A stretch of 62,944 bases of DNA, filler included, from Choristocarpus tenellus KU-1152 (lineage: Eukaryota > Protista > Phaeophyceae): assembly GCA_964200185.2 (NCBI GenBank). It is 10 parts of 10 records of this genome, joined end to end, with 100 filler letters (N's around TTAATTAATTAA, not from the genome) between each part and the next. Parts side by side here need not be neighbours in the genome. Positions count along the whole stretch, not along the records: positions 51,551 to 59,088 come from CAXNAD020005990.1; positions 59,189 to 62,944 come from CAXNAD020018128.1; 8 more parts are not named here. One strand, given 5' to 3'. The position numbers and the translations under genes are program-made. Under the pieces are notes generated by a model. That model worked only from the letters and a program-made list of their open reading frames with translations. It had not been told where the DNA came from and searched no databases. The first letter of the stretch is position 1; each line of letters opens with the position of its first letter. Below are positions 52,551-62,944 of the stretch, piece after piece.

Positions 52551-55500
52551 CTAAGGTGTTCGATTTGCAGTGCCTTACTCTATTGTTCTTTTCGACGTGT
52601 CGTGCCGCTCTGCTGCTACCATGGAGGTGGTGATGATTCCGGCTCGGGTGGGGATGGGTACGTTGGACAAAATCTTCTCACAGGAATTTTATCTGTGGAT
52701 GACGGCCATTGTGTCCTCGTCATGTGTGCGAGGGGGAATTCAGGTTTTTGGCGGAATGGGGAGGAATTGGATTTGTGAACGCTTTGTCGCCCATCGATGG
52801 CATCACGGCATTCGTAATGGGCGTGTGGACTTTTGGATGCGTTTCATTGTTGGTTCATTCATCATCGTGCTCATGGGGTCATCCATACCTTCTGTGCGAT
52901 GGTACTTGACACAACGACATGGGCTTGAAGGTATTGCTTGTGTTAGGCCTCCCAAGGTAGGTCGCCTATTGTAGTTGCCCCAGCAATGAGTGGGCCACAG
53001 TTACACTCCTCTCTTGTTTTCCCTCTTTGTTTCCACCATGACAAGTGCCGCGAGGGAGCGGTGCAGATGAGATGGTTTTGGTTGTGGTTTTGGTTGTGGT
53101 TGTGGTTGTGGTTGCCAAGCGTTAATGCTCTTTGTGCATGTGTTTTTGCGTTGCGAGACTGAGAGCAAACCGATTTGAAATTGAGCAGCAGCAGTGGTAG
53201 TCTCCTGTAGCAAGTGTAGCCATTTTGTTACCAGCATGCTACTGTGAGGAGTATCATGCAGACTTGCTTGTGTTACGAGGAGGCCGATTGTGAATAACCT
53301 CCTTTACTGGTGTCATGCCCTTGGTCAATATTTGACTGATGGAGAGGCTAGGGCAGTGCGCCGGACTCTCCTTTGTTTATTTTTTGAACCATGAAGGGAT
53401 TCCAGTGGGGAGGGGTTCCCTACGAGGTGAGGGTCCCTGCAAGTGAGCGTCTTTTCATGCAGCTATACGCTCCATTTTAGTGATGGGGCTTTGCAGTGTG
53501 ACCAGAGATGGTAGTGTGTGAAGAAGGACGAAGCTTGTGCCAGTACATCTGAGAATTGTGGTATAGAAGCCTTAGCTGGCTCTGGGTGGCTCTGGGTGGA
53601 TCTGGGCGTTGTTTGACTTGTACCGTTGGTAAGGGAGCATTTTTATTTTATATTTTAGTGTTACCTCAGTCGGTGGGAGTCAGGTATGAGCACAGAATGT
53701 GTGCTGTGTATGTGTGGAATCACATGTTCAAATGATGACCCTCGAAGTGTGAGTGTGAGTCTGTATGTGTGTGTGTGTGTGTGTGTATTTTGTTTGTTTG
53801 TGTGTGTATGTGTTTGTTTGATATGTGAGTGTAATCAGCGTGACCTTGGTTTTCCCGTGTTGCCCGCTGTCAGCTGTATGTGTGAGATGGAAATACAATG
53901 AGTTGCGCAAGCAGTAAGGGATATAAAAATAAATGAAGGTGTGAGAATAGTGGCGCGAAATGAGAAATGAAGGTGTTTTTTGTCTTGATATGACTGTCCA
54001 GTGTTTGGCTGTGCCTGTAACACTCACTAACGCACTATTTAATCAGTCTTGTCTCGGAGTATGTAGTACTTTCTGTAGGATTGATCATGCTGAATCTCAA
54101 GGTTTACCTGGTAAGAGCGGATTTGGGGTTGACGGTTACCTTCTTCCTCCCTCCCACCACCCACAAGCCGTCTCTTCCTCAAAGAGCTGTGTTTTCCACT
54201 TTTTTCCCTGAGCTAAATTTCCTGTTGTCTACCTGGTGAGGTGAGAGCTGTCGTGCATATATTGGTAGCTATCGGTGCAGGGGCACATTCAGATAGAAAA
54301 CGCTAATAATGGCAACACGAAGGAATGATAGAGGTGGAGGATGACGCACCTGAATGCATGTGGGGAGTCTTCATAGTTTTATCAAAATAATAATATCTGC
54401 ATGATAATATATTGTAAAAAAAAATAAATGATTTGCTATTCACGTTGATGCAAGTGTTGATTCTTCTCAGTCGAATCTCTGCTCTTGTCTCTCTCTGGCT
54501 TAAGAGTCTGTTTTGTTTTCATGTAATATTCGTCTTTGACGTGACCTACCCTTCTCAAGCCCCACAGTCAGGTGAAGGAGGAGGGGTATGTAGGTCTTGA
54601 CTATACTGCTGTTGCGTGTAACTGCTTGAAACAACATTACGTGACAAAACAGAGCTGAGTAAGCAAGTGTGAACATGGCTTTGTAGATGTGGAACAGCCA
54701 ACCAGTAAGGCAGCCAGCCGCTTCTGGTGGTCGAAAATTTGTTCTTCGATAGTCGAAAATGCTGGTATACATAGTGATTTTCCAAGGGGTGCGGGTGACT
54801 GATTTGTATTCTGATTTTCGATCCAGCATGAAGGACCAAGTACCTCCTCCGCTTGCAAATAATGATTGTAGTATTCCGACAAGTTGTTCAATAGGCTTTT
54901 TTTTGTGGATTCACAATACATTCATTGCAATAGAGATTCAGATATTGCAAACATCAAACAAGATCAGGGTGTTTTTTGGTGCATTCTCGTTTCCTGCGTA
55001 TTGTATGGACCCTCAACACCTTCCCACTAGGCAGCTTTAGGCGTCTTGGTTCACAACAATTCCTGGATGAGTGGGTGGTAGGGTTGCTGGAGGGGGTTAA
55101 TAGGAGTGGGTCATGAAGGCATGCTTGCAACAAATCCTGTCCGTCACAGCATGTGTGCCAATGTCACGGCTTTGGTTTCATTTCTGCCTGGAAATATGGG
55201 GCTGGGTAAGTCTGGGGTTGACAGACTTGTCTAACTCATCCATTGCTTCTCTGGACTGCCTCAAGTACTAGTTGAGTAGCTCCAAGTGTATGTAATAATA
55301 GGAACGATTGTATGCCCTACTTCAAGACAGCATACGACTTGACATTTGTGGAGAGAGCAATCATAGACTTGAGGTGTTTGTGGCAATTAATTCTACATTA
55401 CCTTCTTTAAAGAACAATGTAAAGTAAGAGCTAGTTTGCCTTGAATGCTTCTTGTCTCCTGTAAGGCAAGGATCTGGAAAATGAGAGTAAGCATAGTAAT

Positions 55501-56250
55501 ACTACATAAAATATATATTATGCAGTATATACAATTATAAGAGCATGTATTAATTGCTATTGCTTTTTTTTATTGTACTTCGTACTATGAACTGTTTTGT
55601 AGTTAGAGTTAACGTCAAGGACAACCGTGAATCGTGTGATTCTGTGGCGGTGTGGTTCACTCAGGTAAGGCTGGCGAAGAGAATCACCGGGCAAGACGGA
55701 CCACCAGACGAAAAAAGACGAACCGTAACCAAGGGTACGAGGTTAAGGTTGGACAAGTGCAAATTGAGGAGTGATGGGCATCTTCAGAGATGCGGCTTTA
55801 TCACCACAAGTCAAGACGTGAGAACAAAGTGAATCTTTCATTTGTGACAACTCTGAATGACGAGCTGTCCCAAGTCTGTGGGATTAGTCTCGTGAAGAGA
55901 TTCCATTGTTTCATTCTGACGGAAGGTCCGCCAGTGGTACCATGGATGCTTGACAAGGAACCTCAATCGGTACAACGGTTTATGGCATGTGGCAATAACG
56001 GTATAACGACAGAAAAACATGCTTTCCACACAACCATAATAATGAAAATATTTAGAGCAGAAAGCATCATCCTCGCTTTCGGTATAAATACGTCTGAGCA
56101 CTATGTATTTTATTATTATGCCCTGCATAGTTTTCATTGGTTTCCCCCTGACACATCTGCAAAATGTCAGAGCACTATGTATCATAGTGAGAACGTAACA
56201 ATGTTTTCTTTCCTATACTGAGTAGTGGGCCACCCACAATAATAATAATA

Positions 56251-56505
56251 GAGTCAACCCAACCAAGAGGTAGGCAGGGTTGAATTTGAATAATCCCGAG
56301 CAAGGGTAAAATGATCCCATTTTGTACAGTTGCAGTAAGAGTTGCTGAATTGTGGTGTCACCTTGTGTGCGTAAAGGGGCAACATCAATTTTGCGTACAC
56401 TATTGTGCACATTGTGAAATGGAATGGAGTGTATTGCACAGGGTAAGAAAGGTGGTTTAGAATGTAAAAGGGTCCAACCTGCCCACCACTTAATCGGTTT
56501 GACTC
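56251..56505 (+). mobile_element. MITE family C copy
   Basis: gagtcaacccaaccaagaggtaggcaggg ... cggtttgactc; colinear with 8948-9210 and 47198-47429. Confidence 0.8.
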
Positions 56506-58475
56506 GTTATTATTTTTATTAGTACATTTTGTCCGTTTTCTATTAAGCAGGACTTGTTCTGTCTGATATGCCCTTACGTATGCAGTTCCATGTGCTACTT
56601 TCAGTGTTGGCCGGTCTTCTAGTTCCCAGCAAGAAGAGCAATCATCAAGCACTTGCAATCCGTTTTTTTGGTTGACAAGGATTGCTACATGATTCTCCTT
56701 TTCTCTCAACAATCTGGAAGTGGATTGTCCTGTGTTGTTCTAGTCGGACTCCAAAGTAAGATGCCCTCTCTATATATACATAGACGTATCATCTCTATAT
56801 TTAACACACTAATATCTATACTGGAGTATATTGTATTGTCTTCTACCTTGCGCACTGCACTAAGTCCCACATACGACAACAGAAGAAGAGAGACATGGCC
56901 CTCCTCTTCTCACGTCGCAACAACACTGCTTTGGTGCTCTCTACCCTTTCTTGATCCCGAGGTGTTTTCTGAAACGTTCTACGAGGTACAGAAGCAGAGG
57001 AGAGTGTTGAGTCCTTTTGGGGTGATAAGGAAGAGTCTAACATCACTACTGCTACTCAGCTATGTGCGGTACATCAGTTTGCCTAGGCACAAACCAGCTC
57101 AGAATGACAACCTCTTTAGTTGCACCAAATCTAATATCGTACCAACTAATGTGCAATACTTCATCAGTTCAAACAGTGGTCTGCCCCTAAAACTGTCCGA
57201 ATTCATGCTATAGAGATAGGTATAGCACTCAGTAACACTTCATTGTTGTGGCTTAAGGAACATGTATGAAATATACTATACATCGGACCTGGATATATAT
57301 TGTAAATTGATCGGCTACAATGGATTTGATGGTACGTGGTGCTGGCATAAAAGTAGATCCATTTTTTTTTCTGAATAAAAACGCAGTAGTTGGTACATTT
57401 CTTGCACGTATTTCCTTCCCGATTCCGCTAACAATCAGTCCTATCCAATTCACTATAGGTGGTCAAGTACACACATGATACATACATTTGTCCTGACTGT
57501 ATCATGCCTGCAAAATATACGTTCACACAGAAATACGTACACTACAAAAAACAGAGGTAGATTTTGTTCAGACCTATTACAACGCGACTTAGACCCAATG
57601 AGGGTATGGCCATACCCATACCCATACAAACAAGTCACAAATTATACACACATATTCACTCATTTATCATCGACTAGAGCTACCCATGCTACAAACTTTC
57701 CGACATAAAACAAGTTCGGGTATACCTGATTCATACCATTGGCAGACTGTCTACAGGAAAAAACATGTTTTAACCTTTACTTAGGATCATCATCCGCTTT
57801 TTATTTTTTAACCTAAAGTTCCAACCAACCGCTAAACAAAAGTGAGTTTTTTTGCATGTTTTCCAACAGTCCACCCAAATACTCTTGACTACTTGAGACT
57901 ATTCTTATGCAAGGTGTTAACTGTTTCTACATATTTAGATTAATGCACGTTGCAGGTGGATCCACGATTTTTTTTTTGGAGTATCTTGGTGACATCAGAT
58001 CGAACGCATCTTGTCTCTCTCTCTCTCTCTATATATATATTCCTGAAGTATTTCTCCTCTCACTCTCCTGGAAGATAGGATGACAATTCACCAAAGTCAT
58101 CATCATTACCAACCTTCAACTGTATCACTAGTGGCATGAACGGAATTCCTGCAACAGCTGTTGCTGGCTCTACTGATACAGCAACTAATCAAACACCCCT
58201 GCTGATGTCGCCAACAGACAACCCTCACTCTTGATCCATTCACAACAAAACAGAAGTATGATTATCCAGGCGATGCAATCCAGTACTACACACGCCCCTG
58301 CAGACTAGGAACATCCCTCCTCTACACTAGCAGAGAATGCCTCCACACAGATACAGGTCGTATCATCTCTAATTACAGCGCTGCAATGACAGACTGTGTG
58401 GGAACACTGCCCATAAGTTCCTCCTACACGTGCCACTGTCACCTTCTCATTCCCCCTCCAAACAACTATGGTAGG

Positions 58476-58581
58476 TTAAGCCACCATTGCGGTGGTACCT
58501 TCTTCCACTTTACTGGTCTTAGGTGTTCCATCCAGGACCCCTGACTTGAGCAGATCATCGATTCTCTGTGCCTCATCATAC
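58476..58581 (-). CDS. Probable terminal exon of an unidentified gene
   Basis: Pyrimidine tract + gcaaag| followed by YDEAQRIDDLLKSGVLDGTPKTSKVEEGTTAMVA*. Upstream exons not found in this contig. Confidence 0.45.
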
Positions 58582-58709
58582 CTTTGCAAAAAAGAGGTTG
58601 AGGGGGGGGGGAAGGCAGGTGAGGAAGCTGGAGAAGTAGGCGAACAGAACGGAGAAAGTGAGTAGTAAGTGCGACAGAATAATATCTATACAGGTAACAG
58701 AAAAAATAA

Positions 58710-58711
<2 letters not shown>

Positions 58712-58743
<32 letters not shown>
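58712..58743. repeat. (AT)n microsatellite
   Basis: Direct reading. Confidence 0.9.
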
Positions 58744-58746
<3 letters not shown>

Positions 58747-58993
58747 TTCACCACACCCAACAGCGTCAAATATGTAACCATTTTTAAACGTCTCGGGACA
58801 AACAAAATAATAAAATAAAATAAAGTATTGGCACTCTGTTAAAGCAGCAACAACAGTTTCTTACGAGTGGGAAGAGAGAGGCCCAGAAGCACTCATCTCG
58901 TTTCGACCAAAAAATATTCCAGGGCAGGGGCAATAATAATAATATTTGCATCCAAGATTTAAGTTGGCATGTGGGCAAGAGGTTAATCAGCAG

Positions 58994-59010
58994 GTGTGAG
59001 TGTGAGTGTG

Positions 59011-59044
<34 letters not shown>
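58994..59044. repeat. (GTGTGA)n/(GT)n microsatellite
   Basis: Direct reading. Confidence 0.9.
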
Positions 59045-59188
59045 GGGGGGGGGGGAAACCCCTTGGAGTTTAACAGGGGCGGTCGGGGNNNNNNNNNNNN
59101 NNNNNNNNNNNNNNNNNNNNNNNNNNNNNNNNTTAATTAATTAANNNNNNNNNNNNNNNNNNNNNNNNNNNNNNNNNNNNNNNNNNNN

Positions 59189-59227
59189 CTGGTGTAGACC
59201 CCCCTCCCCTCCCAGATACTTTGGGTC
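59189..59227 (+). mobile_element. MITE family A right end at contig start
   Basis: ctggtgtagacccccctcccctcccagatactttgggtc. Confidence 0.8.
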
Positions 59228-59685
59228 AATGTGGAACCACCACACTCACAGTCCCGCCAGTACGCACTTGAGCGCATGCCTCACCAACAGGACTCCGCAT
59301 TGACAGCAAGGAATCATAGAGCCTGTCCACTCACATACATCACACGTTTGACCCCCATGGCGAGCCCCCAGAGCTCGTCGTCCCCAGCACGAAGCCCACT
59401 GGCTCATTGAAAGAACTGCAAGCTGACCGAGGAAGGTTGGACCGCAATTGCTTTGCATTAAGCATTGGCTCTTACTCCAGGCCACGAGGGGCGTGGGACC
59501 TAAATTGGCCGAATAGTTTGGAGCGGGAGAGAGATACCCGAGACTGTTGTGGTTCTCATGAAAGAAAGCTAGACATTTTGAATACCATCTCTCTGAAATC
59601 ACAAGCATAATTTGGCAGGCCGTCGTGCTTTATATCAATGAAACAAGGATCCGGGAAATCAACACCCGTAATCGCACACTGAATC

Positions 59686-60171
59686 TTGACCAAGCAATAA
59701 AGAAAAAATTGCCCAGGCTCGAATCGGAGGGGGGGGTCATACAGCAGGACGGCACGACCATGCACATGGACAAAGGCGCAGTGCAGGAGTTGAACACTGC
59801 TGGGGAGTAGAGTTTGGGGGGAGTGTTACGGCACCATTGATGACCTTGCAGAAGGGGTTAAGAGCATGTTCCACGTGTATGACACAGACGCGCTCAAGAG
59901 GGTGTGGCAGAGTCTGTTTAAGAGGTACAATCAGGCGTTAAGAGCGCGGGGGAGGGACGATTTCGAGGTAGAGACCACGGGGACCGAAAAAACGCAGTGG
60001 GAGGGCGGGTTGGCTAGGGTTGAAGTAGGCCAAGTCGCCTACAACGCAGCACTGGATTGGTGGATTGGTGTTGTCGAGTAAAGGTGAGACATTTATTTTA
60101 ATGTAGAATATTCTAAGGAATGCAACACAAAAATCCGTTTGTAATCAGAGGTCATCTCGGCTCGGAGGGAG
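59686..60171 (+). mobile_element. Decayed Tc1/mariner transposon, plant/oomycete-type (Stowaway-associated clade)
   Basis: AIKKKLPR...VIQQDGTTMH corresponds to the second catalytic Asp (cf. IQQDNA). The C-terminal TIDDLAEGVKSMF...LKRVWQSL...ALRARGRDDFEV matches that clade. The segment carrying the third catalytic Asp is missing. The element ends in the Stowaway-type TIR CGGAGGGAG (60163-60171) followed by TA. Confidence 0.8.
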
Positions 60172-62627
60172 TATTATTGTTATTATGAAATTTGGGGTTT
60201 CATGAGAGGAGTTGTAGATTTCATAAACAAGTACTTTCCACGCACACGTGAATTAGAATAATATTTTCTTCGAAGTGATACGTACGTATATACAATGTAA
60301 TGAAATATTTATCAAGGTCGATATTGTTGCATCAGATGTACTTTGATCTATTATGCATCTACTGACCTCAACTCCTCATGCATTCATCCACAACCAAACA
60401 GCCTGTAGAGATCTAAAATGTAATCAGTATCGTTTCTTCTACATAGTAGTACTAGGTAACATCAAATAGGATCCACAGAATACGTCACCATCCACCATAC
60501 TACCATAGCATATTGCATTGTTGCAACAACATGGAGTGTGATGGTGAAGGTTGTGGTGTGTGACGTGGAAGGTCGAAAGGAGGAAGAACCTGCAGGGCGA
60601 GGAAGAAGGTTCTGTACAAGAAAAAGAACACCTTCCAGAGTTAAACGAAAAGGGATATGGAACAATATAGGACATTGAACGATGAAACAAAATCATTTAG
60701 CCCGAAATTCCAATAGAAAAATCGCGATTTTCGCCTCAAATTTTGCGCCATTATTTGGTTTCAAAATCTGGAAGTCTCAATTGATCGCAAATTTCGCTAT
60801 TTTTCAAGTTGCTCCCTCCCTCACACTTCACCAATATTCCAGGCACAATATGGCACAATTTTAACATTTCCATCTGTTTTTAGAGAAACGGTTATGAGTT
60901 TTACTCTCAAGAAGACCCTTTTAATCTTTAGAAGGAGAGATTATCTTTAATGTTAGGGTTAGGGTCATACTTTTTTTAGTTATGAAAATATTAGGTAAAT
61001 ATGGGATTTTCATGTTTTGAGGAAGAAAAATGGCGTAATATTTGAAGCAAATCGAAAATCTTGATTCCGGACTTGGGGGAAAAATATAAATTTGATGTTC
61101 CTCTTCATTGTAACACATCCCTTCCTGCTCCAGGACCTTCGCCTGATCCAATAGTTCCCCCTTACTCCCCACCTAAACAAAAAAAGATGCAGACAAACAA
61201 AACATAACAATAATCATACAGTCAAGTCACACCTTCACATACAAAGAGTAGCAACCCTTGCCCCCCAATACTCCTACCAAACTACTACTTGCGGCTACTT
61301 ATCACTCCTTTTCATTTATTGCAAAGGAGCAAAACATCCAACGGGGCGGGAAAGTGTCCCAACAGCTCCCTAAGATTTTTGACTCCGAAAAGAGGGGTCA
61401 TTTTATGCGGAACCTTCTTCCTCTGCAAGTGTCTTCCTCCTTCGCGAACCTTGCATGCACCTCATACACCACATAGTACCACCATAGATATCGAAGGCTC
61501 ACAGTATACTTCACTAAACTAACGAATGGGCCAACCCGGCATAACGAAAAATACCACGAATGAGATCACCTTCCTCGCTTCCGCCCAATAAAATGTGGTT
61601 CATTAGACAAGAACAGCCACAAGAAAATGTCAGTTTTGTACCCTATAGCAGAGTACTAACTGTTAGGTTGTTTTATTCTTAACATGCTCTTCTTGTTTTA
61701 TGGACTATTTTATGATGACGGCTACTATTTTTTGTAGATGTCTTAAATGGTAGGTTGGACAAGAAGCAACATACAAGGTAGAGAATATAACACGACAGCA
61801 ACAACAACAACAACAACGATGACGACAGTGACTTCTGCCGCATCTATTGGACATACCTCATCAATGTGTTGGGATCATAAGTTTATGGTAATGTTGAGTG
61901 TTTGAGTAAGCGAGTACATGGTGATGATTAAGTGATGCGATTGAGTCGATGTGTGCTGTTGTTGAATCCCGCCACTGTCCTTGTGTGTGTTGTCGAAGTA
62001 GTAGGTAATGCTGCTGATGAAATTTCAAATTAGTGGTGTTTCGTTTGCGTATGTAGAGAGAAGATACAGGTTGGGTATTGTAGTAGTCTGGTTGTACAAT
62101 ACTCTCTGTGTAACGTATGTATTCTATTGTTGGTGCAGGCCCAAAGGTTCATTTTTACTGGTCAGTAGTAGTATAATTAGTAGTTGTGTGGGTCCCAGAC
62201 TACTTCTGACTCCTGGGTGTAGTATCACACGTAGGTAGGTAGAGAAAGGGTACAACCAAATACGGGTTGGAGGTGACAATTTATAAGCAAGGCTGGGTTG
62301 GATGCAGTATGTGTGCCTAGGTCACATACACGTATGTACAGAAAACAGGTGGTGCTTATGTTTATGTAAGATTTTGTGTATTTATTCATTTTTATGATAT
62401 ACTCTGGAGCACATGCAGTAGTGCACAATGAATTGTTTAACGCAACTTCATGAAAACAATTCACCACGTGGTGAATTGGGAGGGGTGACTGTAGGTAGTT
62501 AAGTACAATCAAAAATTGCAATAAGTTTCTTGTGGACCTACATACTGGGGCCTTTGTTCAAGGTTCCTAACTCTGAACGAAATGCATATTTTGAGATTAC
62601 TGATACCTGAGACAATGATAATACACA

Positions 62628-62673
62628 ACACACACACACACACACACACACACTCACGCACGCACGCACGCAC
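62628..62673. repeat. (CA)n/(CACG)n microsatellite
   Basis: Direct reading. Confidence 0.9.
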
Positions 62674-62900
62674 ATTTCTTCTTAGCCTGATGTATATCAT
62701 GTAGACCCTCCATCCATCACCACATCTAGGATAGAGGATCAAAGTAAACGAGAGGTACCCAGGTTTTGGCTGTTTTGCATTTGATGTCATTTTTTCAATA
62801 TTTTGCAATTCACCCATATTTCTATCGATGAAGTGCTAAGTTTGACTTGCGAACGTTAATTTCTCTGGAAAATTTCGACACAAATCAGAAAATATACGTA

Positions 62901-62944
62901 GACCCAAAGTATCTGGGAGGGGAGGGGGGTCTACACCAGGGTGT
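62901..62944 (-). mobile_element. MITE family A end at window edge
   Basis: gacccaaagtatctgggaggggaggggggtctacaccagggtgt. Confidence 0.8.

Noticed and set aside
58476-58581. Assignment of this exon to U2 snRNP A' (E-x-x-R-x-x-x-LL-x-SG)
   Set aside because: Resemblance is weak and upstream exons are absent, so it is left unnamed.

Overview
This is eukaryotic, intron-rich DNA, most consistent with a stramenopile such as a brown alga (inference from GT-AG introns, TTAGGG repeats, a DIX-domain gene and a discoidin-type exon). The window is not one locus: nine identical 100-bp linkers (44 N + TTAATTAATTAA + 44 N) join about 10 contigs, so neighbourhood across linkers cannot be interpreted. Spliced genes reconstructed by hand: TatD-family nuclease (-), head-to-head with a DIX-domain protein carrying DLL motifs (+); MIT+AAA spastin-like ATPase (-); discoidin/F5/8C-like exons; eEF1A lysine methyltransferase 4-like (-), head-to-head with a Pro/Thr/Ala-rich protein (+); DNAJC8-like J-protein (+); Utp21/WDR36 C-terminus (-); ABCB transporter 3' end (+); a complete 4-exon ankyrin protein (-); and several orphan exons. 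Repeats: three related MITE families with G(A/G)(G/C)YCAAA-like termini, a fourth long-TIR family, a decayed plant-type (Stowaway-TIR) mariner transposase, interstitial telomeric repeats, tandem duplications and microsatellites. No prokaryotic-type system (CRISPR, operon) is present, and I cannot support a clearly new multi-gene system. The best leads are the DIX/DLL protein, the shared-terminus MITE group and frequent non-YAG splice acceptors.
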